From positions 1 through 38,468 of the forward strand of contig JAYUEN010000305.1 in the NCBI GenBank assembly GCA_043739185.1: a stretch of DNA of 38,468 nt, written 5' to 3'. Position 1 is the stretch's first letter, and each line of letters starts with the position of its first letter. The DNA comes from Bdellovibrionales bacterium. GTDB taxonomy: Bacteria; Bdellovibrionota; Bdellovibrionia; Bdellovibrionales; JAMPXM01. The notes under the pieces were generated by a model that saw only the letters and a program-made list of their open reading frames with translations, was not told the DNA's origin and searched no databases. Positions 17,278 through 25,707 of the stretch are shown here, piece by piece. A program made the translations under genes and the position numbers.

Positions 17278-17357
17278 GCGGTATTTTTCTCTGAATTGGG
17301 ATGGTACGCCCAGCCACAAATGAAGTCTAAAAATATGGGCGTATTCACCTTCAGTTC

Positions 17358-17387
17358 TTGCGCCTTGCGCCCTCAGTAAGCTAAGTT
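17358..17387 (+). promoter_or_regulatory. Sigma-70-like promoter of the SRP RNA
   Basis: TTGCGC-N18-TAAGTT ending 6 nt before the predicted RNA 5' end. Confidence 0.5.
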
Positions 17388-17393
17388 CATCTC

Positions 17394-17487
17394 GGCCGGG
17401 TCTCATGCAATAAAACCGAGCTAACTCCGCTAGGTCCGAAAGGAAGCAACGGTAACTCCGGAATTATGTGACACGGGATACCCGGCC
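17394..17487 (+). ncRNA. ffs: Signal recognition particle RNA (bacterial small SRP, 4.5S)
   Basis: Terminal helix GGCCGGGT/ACCCGGCC, domain IV CCGCTAGGTCCGAAAGGAAGCAACGG with GNRA loop, followed by a T-rich tract; classic position upstream of dnaX. Confidence 0.92.
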
Positions 17488-17513
17488 ACTTTTAATTTTA
17501 ATTGGCGGTAACT

Positions 17514-19277
17514 TTGGCATATGAAGTTTTAGCGCGCAAATGGCGCTCACAAACATTTCAGGAATTGGTCGGCCAAAACCATATTACAACGACTCTCATA
17601 AACGCACTTAAAAATGATCGTCTTCCACATGCCATGTTGTTTACTGGCACAAGAGGGACCGGCAAGACCTCTTCAGCGCGAATCTTAGCAAAAACTTTGT
17701 GCTGCCCGAATGTAAAAAACTATATTCCTTGCGGGAAATGCCAAATATGCAGCGATATATCCGCGGGACGAAGTCTTGATGTCATTGAAATTGATGGCGC
17801 CAGCAATAATGGCGTTGATTCGATTCGTGAGCTTCGAGAAAGCGTTGGCTATATGCCTTCGCATGGTAAGCATAAAATTTATATTATAGATGAAGTTCAT
17901 ATGCTCACCACAAGTGCTTTCAATGCGCTCTTAAAGACACTCGAAGAGCCGCCGGCACACGCCGTGTTTGTGTTGGCAACAACCGAGGCGCAAAAAATTC
18001 CCAATACGATTTTAAGTCGTTGCCAACGCTTTGATTTTCGCAGAATCCCCACGCGCCAAATTGCCGATCATTTGGCCAAAATATGTGGAGCAGAAAAAAT
18101 TGAGTTCGTAGCCGATGCCCTTTGGGTGATTGCCAGACAAGCCGACGGTTCAATGCGAGATGGGCAAAGCTTACTTGATCAAGTGGTGAGTTTTTGTTCC
18201 GGCGAAAAGCTCAGCCATGAGCGCGTGGTTGAAGTGCTGGGTTTAACAGATCGCAGCGTTTTGCTTGAGACTTTGACCGCGCTTGCCGCTCGCGATCCCC
18301 AGGCCATTTTGAAAATCATCGAAAAGATTTTTCGCGGGGGTTACGACTATAAAATTTTTGCACAAGAGTTGCTTGAAGAAATTCGACATGCGTTGATTTC
18401 TCGCCTGATCGATCCTGAAAGAGTTGATCTCGAGAATATGCTCGATCTTCCTCAGGCTGAAATCGAAGCCCTTCGTAAATTAACTGCTAAGCTCAGTGAA
18501 GAAGATCTTCATTTTATGTTTGATATGGCACTTAAGGGTGTGAACGATCTTTTGAGAGCGCAAGATCCAAGATTGGTTTTAGAAATTATCCTCCTGAGAA
18601 TGGCAGCCGCACCCCGAATTCATGACTTGCAAAATCTGTTAAAAGCCAAAGAGGCGGTTGCACAAATGCATATCCCTCAGGCTCCTATGGCGTCACCGGC
18701 GGGGTCTTCGTCCGTAAAAAATTATGCAGCCGGCATTCAAAGCTCGCAAACCACAGCTCAGGCTCCATCCGCAAAGCCACAAGTCCCGACGTCAAATCAA
18801 GCGGCCTTTGCCCCACCAAAAGCATCACAATTTATGGACACTCGCGGAACCCAAGCGGCCCCAGTTTTAGATTTTCAAAATCCCACAGAACTCTGGATTG
18901 GATTTGTTGAAAAGGTGAAAAAATCAAATGGACTCTTAGGAGCCATTTTAGAGAATACCGAACTATTAGGCATTGAGGGCACAGTGCTCAAGCTAGGCGT
19001 GCCTAAAAAAATGAGTTTCTTGCTCGACAAACTCAAAGAGCCCGATAACTTAAGAAGAATTGAGAAGTTTGTCGAGACTCTTTGGAATAAAAAATTCAGC
19101 ATTCAGGCACAATTGTCAGGTGCTGAAGAAGGCGCCACAGCTCCAAAGGTAATTGAACAGAAAAAAATTCAAGCAGAGGAGAAGTCGATTGAAAAACAAA
19201 TTGAAAATCATCCACTAGTGCGATCCACTCAAGAATTGTTTAAAGCACAAATCAAATCGATAAAGGAGAAGTCATGA
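17514..19277 (+). CDS. dnaX: DNA polymerase III subunit gamma/tau
   Basis: YEVLARKWR, GTRGTGKTS Walker A, EIDGASNNGVD, IIDEVHML, NALLKTLEEPP, SRCQRF. Likely TTG start at 17514 (track 17502). Confidence 0.97.
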   Translation: MAYEVLARKWRSQTFQELVGQNHITTTLINALKNDRLPHAMLFTGTRGTGKTSSARILAKTLCCPNVKNYIPCGKCQICSDISAGRSLDVIEIDGASNNGVDSIRELRESVGYMPSHGKHKIYIIDEVHMLTTSAFNALLKTLEEPPAHAVFVLATTEAQKIPNTILSRCQRFDFRRIPTRQIADHLAKICGAEKIEFVADALWVIARQADGSMRDGQSLLDQVVSFCSGEKLSHERVVEVLGLTDRSVLLETLTALAARDPQAILKIIEKIFRGGYDYKIFAQELLEEIRHALISRLIDPERVDLENMLDLPQAEIEALRKLTAKLSEEDLHFMFDMALKGVNDLLRAQDPRLVLEIILLRMAAAPRIHDLQNLLKAKEAVAQMHIPQAPMASPAGSSSVKNYAAGIQSSQTTAQAPSAKPQVPTSNQAAFAPPKASQFMDTRGTQAAPVLDFQNPTELWIGFVEKVKKSNGLLGAILENTELLGIEGTVLKLGVPKKMSFLLDKLKEPDNLRRIEKFVETLWNKKFSIQAQLSGAEEGATAPKVIEQKKIQAEEKSIEKQIENHPLVRSTQELFKAQIKSIKEKS

Positions 19278-19603
19278 AGGGAAAAGGCGGACCAGGCGGA
19301 ATGCAAAATCTCATGAAGCAAGCCAACCAATTACAAATGAAGATCAAAAAGCTTCAAGAAGAGTTGGCATTGAAAGAACACTCAGCCACATCAGGCGGCG
19401 GCGCCGTCACCATTAAAATTCGTGGCGAAAGTGAAATCATTGAGCTCAAAATTACCGACGAAGTCATGAAATCTGGTGATGTCGAGATGCTTCAGGATCT
19501 CATTGTAACTGCAACCAACGACGTACTTCGAACTGCCAAAACCAGCAATGCTAAAGAAATGGAAAAAGTGACAGGGAACTTTAATTTTCCAGGCTTAAAC
19601 TAA
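19274..19603 (+). CDS. ybaB: YbaB/EbfC nucleoid-associated protein
   Basis: MQNLMKQA..Q, SGGGAVTI, DVEMLQDLI; dnaX-ybaB-recR synteny. Confidence 0.95.
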   Translation: MKGKGGPGGMQNLMKQANQLQMKIKKLQEELALKEHSATSGGGAVTIKIRGESEIIELKITDEVMKSGDVEMLQDLIVTATNDVLRTAKTSNAKEMEKVTGNFNFPGLN

Positions 19604-19615
19604 GCAAAGGGCCCA

Positions 19616-20275
19616 GTGTTTAAAATCAACTCTCTTGAAAAGTTAGTCCATGAGCTCAATCGCCTGCCAGGAATAGGCCCGAAGACCGCACAGCGCTTGG
19701 CGTATTTTATCCTGCGTACTCCAGAATATTCGACCGGCCTTCAGGAAGCCTTAAAACGAGTTCAAGAGAGTGTTCATACTTGCGCACAGTGCTTTTCTTA
19801 TACCGATGAAAGTGACCTCTGTCGGTATTGTACCGATCATACCCGCAGGGAAGATTTGATTTGTGTTGTTGAAGAGCCTTCGGACATTGTCAGGCTTGAG
19901 AGCTCAGGTGCCTTTCGAGGACGCTATCATGTACTTCATGGAGCCCTTTCTCCTCTTGATAATATCGGGCCACAAGACCTCAAAATTAAAGAGCTGCTCG
20001 AAAGAATAGAAGAAGGTGACCACGGAATCGCCCAAGCTAGCTCTGGTATAGGGCAGCCGAAAATATCCGAGGTGATTTTGGCTCTCGATCCTGATCTCGA
20101 AGGCGATACCACAGTTTTGTATTTGACCAAGCTTCTGCAAGACAAAAATGTGAAATTAAGTCGGATCGCAAGTGGAGTTCCGCTTGGCAGCGACATTGAT
20201 TATGTGGATGATAGGACATTGGGACGAGCACTTGAAAATCGAATTGAACTTGGCTTAGGCTCTTTTCAAAAGTAG
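19616..20275 (+). CDS. recR: Recombination mediator RecR
   Basis: LPGIGPKTAQRLAY HhH, C4 zinc finger, ICVVEE, YHVLHGALSP, TOPRIM domain. Confidence 0.97.
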   Translation: MFKINSLEKLVHELNRLPGIGPKTAQRLAYFILRTPEYSTGLQEALKRVQESVHTCAQCFSYTDESDLCRYCTDHTRREDLICVVEEPSDIVRLESSGAFRGRYHVLHGALSPLDNIGPQDLKIKELLERIEEGDHGIAQASSGIGQPKISEVILALDPDLEGDTTVLYLTKLLQDKNVKLSRIASGVPLGSDIDYVDDRTLGRALENRIELGLGSFQK

Positions 20276-20316
20276 GCTCGCAACACAAGATTAGACTTCA
20301 AAAAGGATTTGCAGCT

Positions 20317-20913
20317 TTGGCATTCGTCAATCAAGAAGCAAAAGAAATACACTGTAAGATTGTTTATTACGGCCCATCTCTCAGCGGTAAAACCACGAAC
20401 CTTCAGTGGGTTTATCACAATACAACTAAAAACAGCGATGCCTCAGAAATGATGAGATTTTACTCGAATCCTGAGCGCACCATGTTTTTTGATTTTTTGC
20501 CCTTAATGGTCGGTCAAATTCGCGGTCTTGAGACCAGACTGCATCTCTATACGGTGCCCGGCCAAGTCATCTACGATGCCAGTCGCAAATTGATCTTAAA
20601 AGGCTTAGATGGAGTGATATTCGTAGCGGACTCGCAAATAGAGCGTATGGATGAAAATATAGAATCCTTGAAAAACCTCGAAAAAAATTTGGAGCAGCAA
20701 GGTTATAGTATCAAAGATGTTCCACTCGTTATTCAGTACAATAAACGCGATCTAAAAAATGTGGCCTCTGTTGCCGAATTGCGAACAGCATTAAACAAAT
20801 ACAATGCTCCCGACTTTGAAGCCAATGCCTCAGGAGGCGCCGGAGTTTTCGAATCCTTGCGTACCGTCTCAAAAGGGATTATTACATCCTTAAAGGGCGG
20901 CTCCCTTACATAA
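20317..20913 (+). CDS. mglA: MglA Ras-like GTPase
   Basis: KIVYYGPSLSGKTTNL, RTMFFDFLPL, LYTVPGQV, DGVIFVADSQ, QYNKRDL. Confidence 0.95.
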   Translation: MAFVNQEAKEIHCKIVYYGPSLSGKTTNLQWVYHNTTKNSDASEMMRFYSNPERTMFFDFLPLMVGQIRGLETRLHLYTVPGQVIYDASRKLILKGLDGVIFVADSQIERMDENIESLKNLEKNLEQQGYSIKDVPLVIQYNKRDLKNVASVAELRTALNKYNAPDFEANASGGAGVFESLRTVSKGIITSLKGGSLT

Positions 20914-20937
20914 ATTTGAGCTGCCTTAGGATTTGGT

Positions 20938-21903
20938 ATGCGCTCAATTGAAAGCGAAATTCAGCAATTAAAAAAAGATCGTGAAGCTCTGCTGCTAGCG
21001 CATTTTTATGAAGATGGCGATATTCAAGATCTAGCCGATGAAATTGGCGATAGTTACTTCCTAGCTCAGCGTGGGCAGCAAAGCACAGCCAAAGTCATTC
21101 TTCTCGCGGGTGTCGTATTTATGGCCGAAAGTGTGAAACTATTGTCACCAGAAAAGACGGTTCTGGTACCCGATCTCGCCGCCGGCTGCTCCTTGGTAGA
21201 ACATTCACCATATGAGGCTTATTTAGATTGGCGAAGGAAGCATCCAAAAAGCCTGTGCATCACCTATATCAATAGCTCGGTCGCGGTGAAATCAATTTCG
21301 GATGTGATCTGTACCTCAAGCAACGCTGAAAAAATCATCGCTTCGATTCCGCGTGAGCGAGACATTTTATTTGGCCCAGATCGAAATCTCGGAAATTTTT
21401 TAATGAAAAAAACCGGTCGTAAAATGACAATGTGGCCAGGCTCTTGCCAGGTGCATGTCTTATTTTCAAGTCGCGAGCTCTTTATCTTAAAAGAAAAACA
21501 TCCAAAGGCCTTAGTTATAGCGCATCCCGAATGTGGAGAAGAAATCCTGGCTAAGTCTGATGTCATAGGTTCGACCTCAAGGTTGTTAGAGGAGGTTGTG
21601 AAAAATACGTCTACCAAAGAATTTATTGTAGCCACTGAGACCGGCATTCTTCATCAAATGCAAAAGGCGAGACCCGATGCCTTGCTTATTCAAGCGCCGA
21701 TGGAGGGTGGCAGTTGTGGCTGCAATCATTGTCCCTTTATGAAGCTCAACAACCTCGAAAAGATACGAAACTCTTTAACTCATTTGGCGCCTGAAATTCA
21801 TGTTGAAGCCAAATACCAAAATTTTGCCAAGCTCTCGCTCGAGCGCATGATGAGGATATCTGCTGGCCATGCGGTTGATTGGCCTTCTGAATTTAACCAG
21901 TAG
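20938..21903 (+). CDS. nadA: Quinolinate synthase A
   Basis: LLAHFY, GVVFMAES, AGCSL, YINSS, CTSSNA, GSCQVH, AHPEC, CPFMKLN. Confidence 0.95.
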   Translation: MRSIESEIQQLKKDREALLLAHFYEDGDIQDLADEIGDSYFLAQRGQQSTAKVILLAGVVFMAESVKLLSPEKTVLVPDLAAGCSLVEHSPYEAYLDWRRKHPKSLCITYINSSVAVKSISDVICTSSNAEKIIASIPRERDILFGPDRNLGNFLMKKTGRKMTMWPGSCQVHVLFSSRELFILKEKHPKALVIAHPECGEEILAKSDVIGSTSRLLEEVVKNTSTKEFIVATETGILHQMQKARPDALLIQAPMEGGSCGCNHCPFMKLNNLEKIRNSLTHLAPEIHVEAKYQNFAKLSLERMMRISAGHAVDWPSEFNQ

Positions 21904-21936
21904 ACTTGAGTAAAAATAAAAAAATATTCCCGTGCT

Positions 21937-21951
21937 GTCTCATTTTGAGAA
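21937..21951. promoter_or_regulatory. Palindromic candidate TF site TCTCA-N3-TGAGA
   Basis: GTCTCATTTTGAGAA; a related 15-mer (12/15) lies at 31665-31679. Confidence 0.4.
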
Positions 21952-22018
21952 ACGCGTAAGCACCCTAAAACAAGCGCCTTTGTAGCCTTGTCAATTATGT
22001 TTACAAAAATTTATTTCC

Positions 22019-22046
22019 TCAATATATGAATCTCACTAGCCGATAG
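22019..22046 (+). promoter_or_regulatory. Putative sigma-28 (FliA) promoter
   Basis: TCAA-N16-GCCGATAG, ending 6 nt before ATG 22053. Confidence 0.55.
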
Positions 22047-22052
22047 AACAGT

Positions 22053-22481
22053 ATGGATCAAGATGACAAATTTCAAGTCGGAGTGCCCATGCCAAAACCT
22101 GCTGTAGAAAAAAGGCTTTCTAAGCGCATTGAAACCAGTGCGGTCAATATCAAGAATCTGACATCTCTTGATCACGCCGAAGTAATTGCCAAAAGTGCAG
22201 TGCTGATCGATGCCTCTCATACCGGATTTCTTCTGCATATTCCGCGCACCGAACTTTTAGCAAAATTTGCGCGCGAAAGTCTTACCTTAAATGAGTTGCT
22301 GGGTACCAAAGTCATGCTCTTACTCGAGCAAATGAATCTTGAACTCACTGGCACTGTAGCTCGTACCAAGCGTATCAATAAAGGTCTCTTTGAAGTGGCT
22401 ATCGACTATTCTGAGGAAGCCCCTGATTACTGGCGCGAGTGCCTCATTGATTTACTCCCCCGCCCAGGCGAGCTTGATTAG
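22053..22481 (+). CDS. PilZ-like domain protein
   Basis: RLSKR (RxxxR) and IDASHTG (DxSxxG) motifs, beta-rich body with GTVART. Confidence 0.7.
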   Translation: MDQDDKFQVGVPMPKPAVEKRLSKRIETSAVNIKNLTSLDHAEVIAKSAVLIDASHTGFLLHIPRTELLAKFARESLTLNELLGTKVMLLLEQMNLELTGTVARTKRINKGLFEVAIDYSEEAPDYWRECLIDLLPRPGELD

Positions 22482-22767
22482 CGTCTTTAATGAGGTCTAA
22501 TCTCCCGGAACTCAACCTTGGGTCAAAGCGGCTTACTTTAGTGACCAGGCGCTGACTTTGAGTGCGAGGTAGTTTCAAACTTTGAACACAAAAACCCAGC
22601 AGAGATTTGTGACCCAGACGCTTAAAAGTCTTAATTTTATAGAGCTCGTAAAGCGCATGAATGAGCTTTTCCTCCTGAGCAAGCAGCTCATCCGCTAAAT
22701 TGAAAAATCGAATATGTAAAAGACGAATCGTTTTAGGATGAATGTCATCAAAGAGTTGTTTGGTCAT
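22444..22767 (-). CDS. Small basic helical protein resembling the N-terminal domain of DUF222-like HNH endonucleases (no HNH domain)
   Basis: EEKLIHALYEL..KTFKRLGHKSLLGFCVQSLKLPRTQSQRLV fits my recollection of the E..L...L..+...+.+..LG+.SL+.+C...L.L....+.R pattern. ATG 22767 (track TTG 22803). The 3' end overlaps the PilZ gene by 38 nt. Confidence 0.55.
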   Translation of the reverse strand: MTKQLFDDIHPKTIRLLHIRFFNLADELLAQEEKLIHALYELYKIKTFKRLGHKSLLGFCVQSLKLPRTQSQRLVTKVSRFDPRLSSGRLDLIKDANQARLGGGVNQ

Positions 22768-22862
22768 GAAGATGCAAAAAAGCAATTCGAATACCAAGGG
22801 CAAACCAAAACTAAAGGCCTCTTAATGTAAAGGATCCGGATTCTGCAGCATACCAAGGTTGC

Positions 22863-22885
22863 GTTGGGGGGAATCGAACCTCATA
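22863..22885 (+). repeat. Dispersed repeat motif B, copy 2
   Basis: GTTGGGGGGAATCGAACCTCATA, 21/23 identical to 31851-31873; contains the TGA stop of the 22881-23528 gene. Confidence 0.8.
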
Positions 22886-23528
22886 GATCGACGAAACCTG
22901 AAATGCGTTTTTCGCTCACCAAGACAATACCGTAATGTGCGGGTAAAAACCACGAGAGTGCTTCGCAGATGCCAGTGTGTTCGTGTTCGGGCGGAGAACC
23001 TAAGGACTCTAAAGAAAATGCCAAATCGTACAACTTTTGATCTTGGCTAATCAATGTAAGTCGCGGCTTTGAGATCTTTTGATCTTTAAAAAAGTTGCGT
23101 ATGATCTCGCGCAAATAAGAAGGCAAATAATGCTCGTTCGGTTCGGCGACAAAGATCTGATTGTTTTCGGCTTGAATTTCTTTCGGACCAAAATCACTTT
23201 GATCAGTAATGAGATAGCCGGACATCCGATAATTGCAAAGCATTCCGTAAGTTAAAACAAAATCAGGAATCGCCTTTTGTGGATTGATTGCTAAGCCAAT
23301 GCCTCTTTCTGAAAGCCATTCGATGACTCTTAAAACGGGTTCTTCGCTCGAATCTGTAACTTCAACAAACAGATAAGGCCAGTTGTCAGGTCCTGTCTGC
23401 GGATCGGGTCGTGCAATGGTGACATTTATCATTGGGAAAAGATGTAAAAAAGTTTGCTCCCAATCGGCGTCGCGTGCGGCGGGCAAAATATTTAAATGAT
23501 CTAAAATTTTTCCTTGCGGAGTACTCAT
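22881..23528 (-). CDS. Conserved hypothetical protein (possibly SseB-like)
   Basis: 215-aa ORF 4 nt downstream of the mutase gene; GPDNWPY, AINPQK..PDFV, WFLPAHY motifs. Family assignment tentative. Confidence 0.75.
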   Translation of the reverse strand: MSTPQGKILDHLNILPAARDADWEQTFLHLFPMINVTIARPDPQTGPDNWPYLFVEVTDSSEEPVLRVIEWLSERGIGLAINPQKAIPDFVLTYGMLCNYRMSGYLITDQSDFGPKEIQAENNQIFVAEPNEHYLPSYLREIIRNFFKDQKISKPRLTLISQDQKLYDLAFSLESLGSPPEHEHTGICEALSWFLPAHYGIVLVSEKRISGFVDL

Positions 23529-23532
23529 AATA

Positions 23533-25137
23533 TTAGACCGTTATAGTTTCTTTAAAGAGTCCAAATACAGCTCTCAAGGCATCTGATATCTCACCTAGAG
23601 TTACTTTGTCCTCAACGGCCGCAATGAAAAGAGGAATCAGATTGTCTCTACCACTGGCGGCAGAACGAATCTTATCAAGATGCTTTTTAACCAAGTCTAA
23701 ATTGCGGCCGGCTTTGAAGCGTTTGAGTCTCGCAATCTGCTCATGTGAGACTTCTTCAGAAACCCGCAAAACTTCTGAATCGAATTTCTGCTCCTGAATA
23801 AAATCATTTACTCCGACTACAATTTCATCTTTGTTTTCGACGGCTCGCTGATAGCGGTAAGCCGCATTTTGAATTTCTTTTTGAATCCATCCGGACTCGA
23901 TACATTTTACCACGCCACCGAGATCTTCAATGCGCTTGATATATTGCTCTGCTTGAGTTTCAAGATCATTGGTTAGCTTTTCAACATAATAGGATCCGCC
24001 CAAAGGATCAATAACATCGGCAACGCCGGTTTCATTTGCGATAATTTGTTGGGTGCGCAGAGCAATGGTTGCCGCCTTTTCTGTTGGTAAGCCAAGGGCC
24101 TCATCCATTGAGTTGGTATGTAGGCTTTGAGTGCCACCGAGAACGGCGGCTAAGGCCTGCATGGTCACACGCACAATATTGTTTTCAGGCTGCTGCGCGG
24201 TTAGGGTGCTCCCAGCCGTTTGTGTGTGAAATCGCAAACGCCATGATTTGTCGTCCTTGGCATGAAAGCGATCACGCATTATTTTGGCCCACAAACGTCG
24301 GGCCGCTCGAAATTTTGCAGCTTCCTCAAAAAAATTATTATGAACATTAAAGAAAAAACTCAGCCGACTTGCAAAGGAGTCGACATCTAAGCCGCGATCA
24401 ATGGCCGCTTGTACATAGGTCATGCCATCAGCCAAGGTAAAGGCAATTTCTTGCGCGGCAGTACTTCCGGCCTCGCGAATATGGTAACCCGAAATACTAA
24501 TGGTATTCCATGAGGGAATTTCTTTAGAGCAGAAATCAAAAATGTCGGTGATAATTCGCATCGATTGTTTGGGCGGATAAATATAAGTTCCGCGCGCGAT
24601 ATACTCTTTTAAAATATCATTTTGAATGGTGCCATTTATCTTTTGCATTGAAACGCCGCGCTTTTTGGCCACGGCAATATATAGCGCCAATAAAATTCCC
24701 GCCGTAGAGTTAATGGTCATCGAAGTTGAGATTGTATCGAGAGGCAAATCCTTCAAAAGAATTTCCATATCTTCAAGTGAGCTTATGGCGACACCGACTT
24801 TGCCAACTTCACCTGTGGCCATAATATGATCCGAATCATAGCCCATCTGAGTGGGAAGATCGAATGCGACTGACAAACCTGTTTGGCCTTTTTTAAGAAG
24901 CATTTTATAGCGCTCGTTGCTTTGAGCGGCCGAGCCAAAGCCTGCGTATTGTCTCATGGTCCAAAAGCGACCACGGTACATGGTAGATTGCACACCTCTG
25001 GTATACGGATAGTCGCCAGGCGCACCCAGTTCAGATGAAGTTGAAGCTTCACTCCAACTTTTTGAATCGTATAATGGGTCCAACTCAATTAAGCTTGAAT
25101 TTTTAAAACTGGCTTTTCTTTCCTTAGACTTTTTCAT
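23533..25137 (-). CDS. Methylmalonyl-CoA mutase, substrate-binding (large/alpha) subunit
   Basis: [67 protein letters not shown]; no C-terminal B12-binding domain. Likely start ATG 25137. Confidence 0.95.
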   Translation of the reverse strand: MKKSKERKASFKNSSLIELDPLYDSKSWSEASTSSELGAPGDYPYTRGVQSTMYRGRFWTMRQYAGFGSAAQSNERYKMLLKKGQTGLSVAFDLPTQMGYDSDHIMATGEVGKVGVAISSLEDMEILLKDLPLDTISTSMTINSTAGILLALYIAVAKKRGVSMQKINGTIQNDILKEYIARGTYIYPPKQSMRIITDIFDFCSKEIPSWNTISISGYHIREAGSTAAQEIAFTLADGMTYVQAAIDRGLDVDSFASRLSFFFNVHNNFFEEAAKFRAARRLWAKIMRDRFHAKDDKSWRLRFHTQTAGSTLTAQQPENNIVRVTMQALAAVLGGTQSLHTNSMDEALGLPTEKAATIALRTQQIIANETGVADVIDPLGGSYYVEKLTNDLETQAEQYIKRIEDLGGVVKCIESGWIQKEIQNAAYRYQRAVENKDEIVVGVNDFIQEQKFDSEVLRVSEEVSHEQIARLKRFKAGRNLDLVKKHLDKIRSAASGRDNLIPLFIAAVEDKVTLGEISDALRAVFGLFKETITV

Positions 25138-25663
25138 TCGGTTTTTCAAATGAAATGAGAGTCGCGCCAGCCTCGACATGGTCGCCGTCTTTCACAAAAA
25201 CCTCTTTGATTTTTGTGTTGTGTGAAGCGCGCATTTCGTTTTCCATTTTCATGGCTTCCATGATGAGAAGTGGGCCGCCAGCTTTTACAATATCACCTTT
25301 TTTTACTAAGACTTTTACAATCTTGCCTGGCATACCGCTGGTGAGATTGTCACCAGCGCCTAAGCTTCCGCCACGCTTCAAGCTTTCATGCAAAATATTT
25401 TCGTCATTGTAAATTTTAACTTCGCGATAAGCGCCACGAGTATAAACCATATAATTATAGCCAGAGCCAATCACATCGAGCACATAAGAGGCGCCACCAA
25501 AAATAAGACTAATAACATTCTCAACGAGTTTGTAATCGTCTTTTGATATTTCGTAATTGACCCAATCTAAATCCTCTTCCTTAAGGTTGATGATCCAAGA
25601 CTTTCGTGACTCGGTGATATCGACTTTGTAATGTTTGTCCCTCAAGTCTGCTTCAAAAAACAT
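25124..25663 (-). CDS. Biotin carboxyl carrier protein (acetyl/propionyl-CoA carboxylase)
   Basis: [14 protein letters not shown] biotinylation motif. Confidence 0.95.
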   Translation of the reverse strand: MFFEADLRDKHYKVDITESRKSWIINLKEEDLDWVNYEISKDDYKLVENVISLIFGGASYVLDVIGSGYNYMVYTRGAYREVKIYNDENILHESLKRGGSLGAGDNLTSGMPGKIVKVLVKKGDIVKAGGPLLIMEAMKMENEMRASHNTKIKEVFVKDGDHVEAGATLISFEKPNEKV

Positions 25664-25707
25664 AATCTCTCCTCAAAAAATAAATCTAAAAACTGTCCAA
25701 CGGAAAA

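Noticed and set aside
18716..18722. A-AAA-AAT slippery heptamer in the dnaX linker (gamma-subunit frameshift)
   Set aside because: It is not the efficient A-AAA-AAG, there is no obvious stimulatory hairpin, and the -1 frame stays open about 60 codons. A-runs are common in this genome.
22857..22885. tRNA 3'-end-like sequence on the minus strand (GGTTCGATTCCCCCCAACGCAACC) as a tRNA or att site
   Set aside because: The T-stem is mismatched, it ends in CCT, there is no D or anticodon arm (upstream is coding), and the other motif B copies lack TTCGA.
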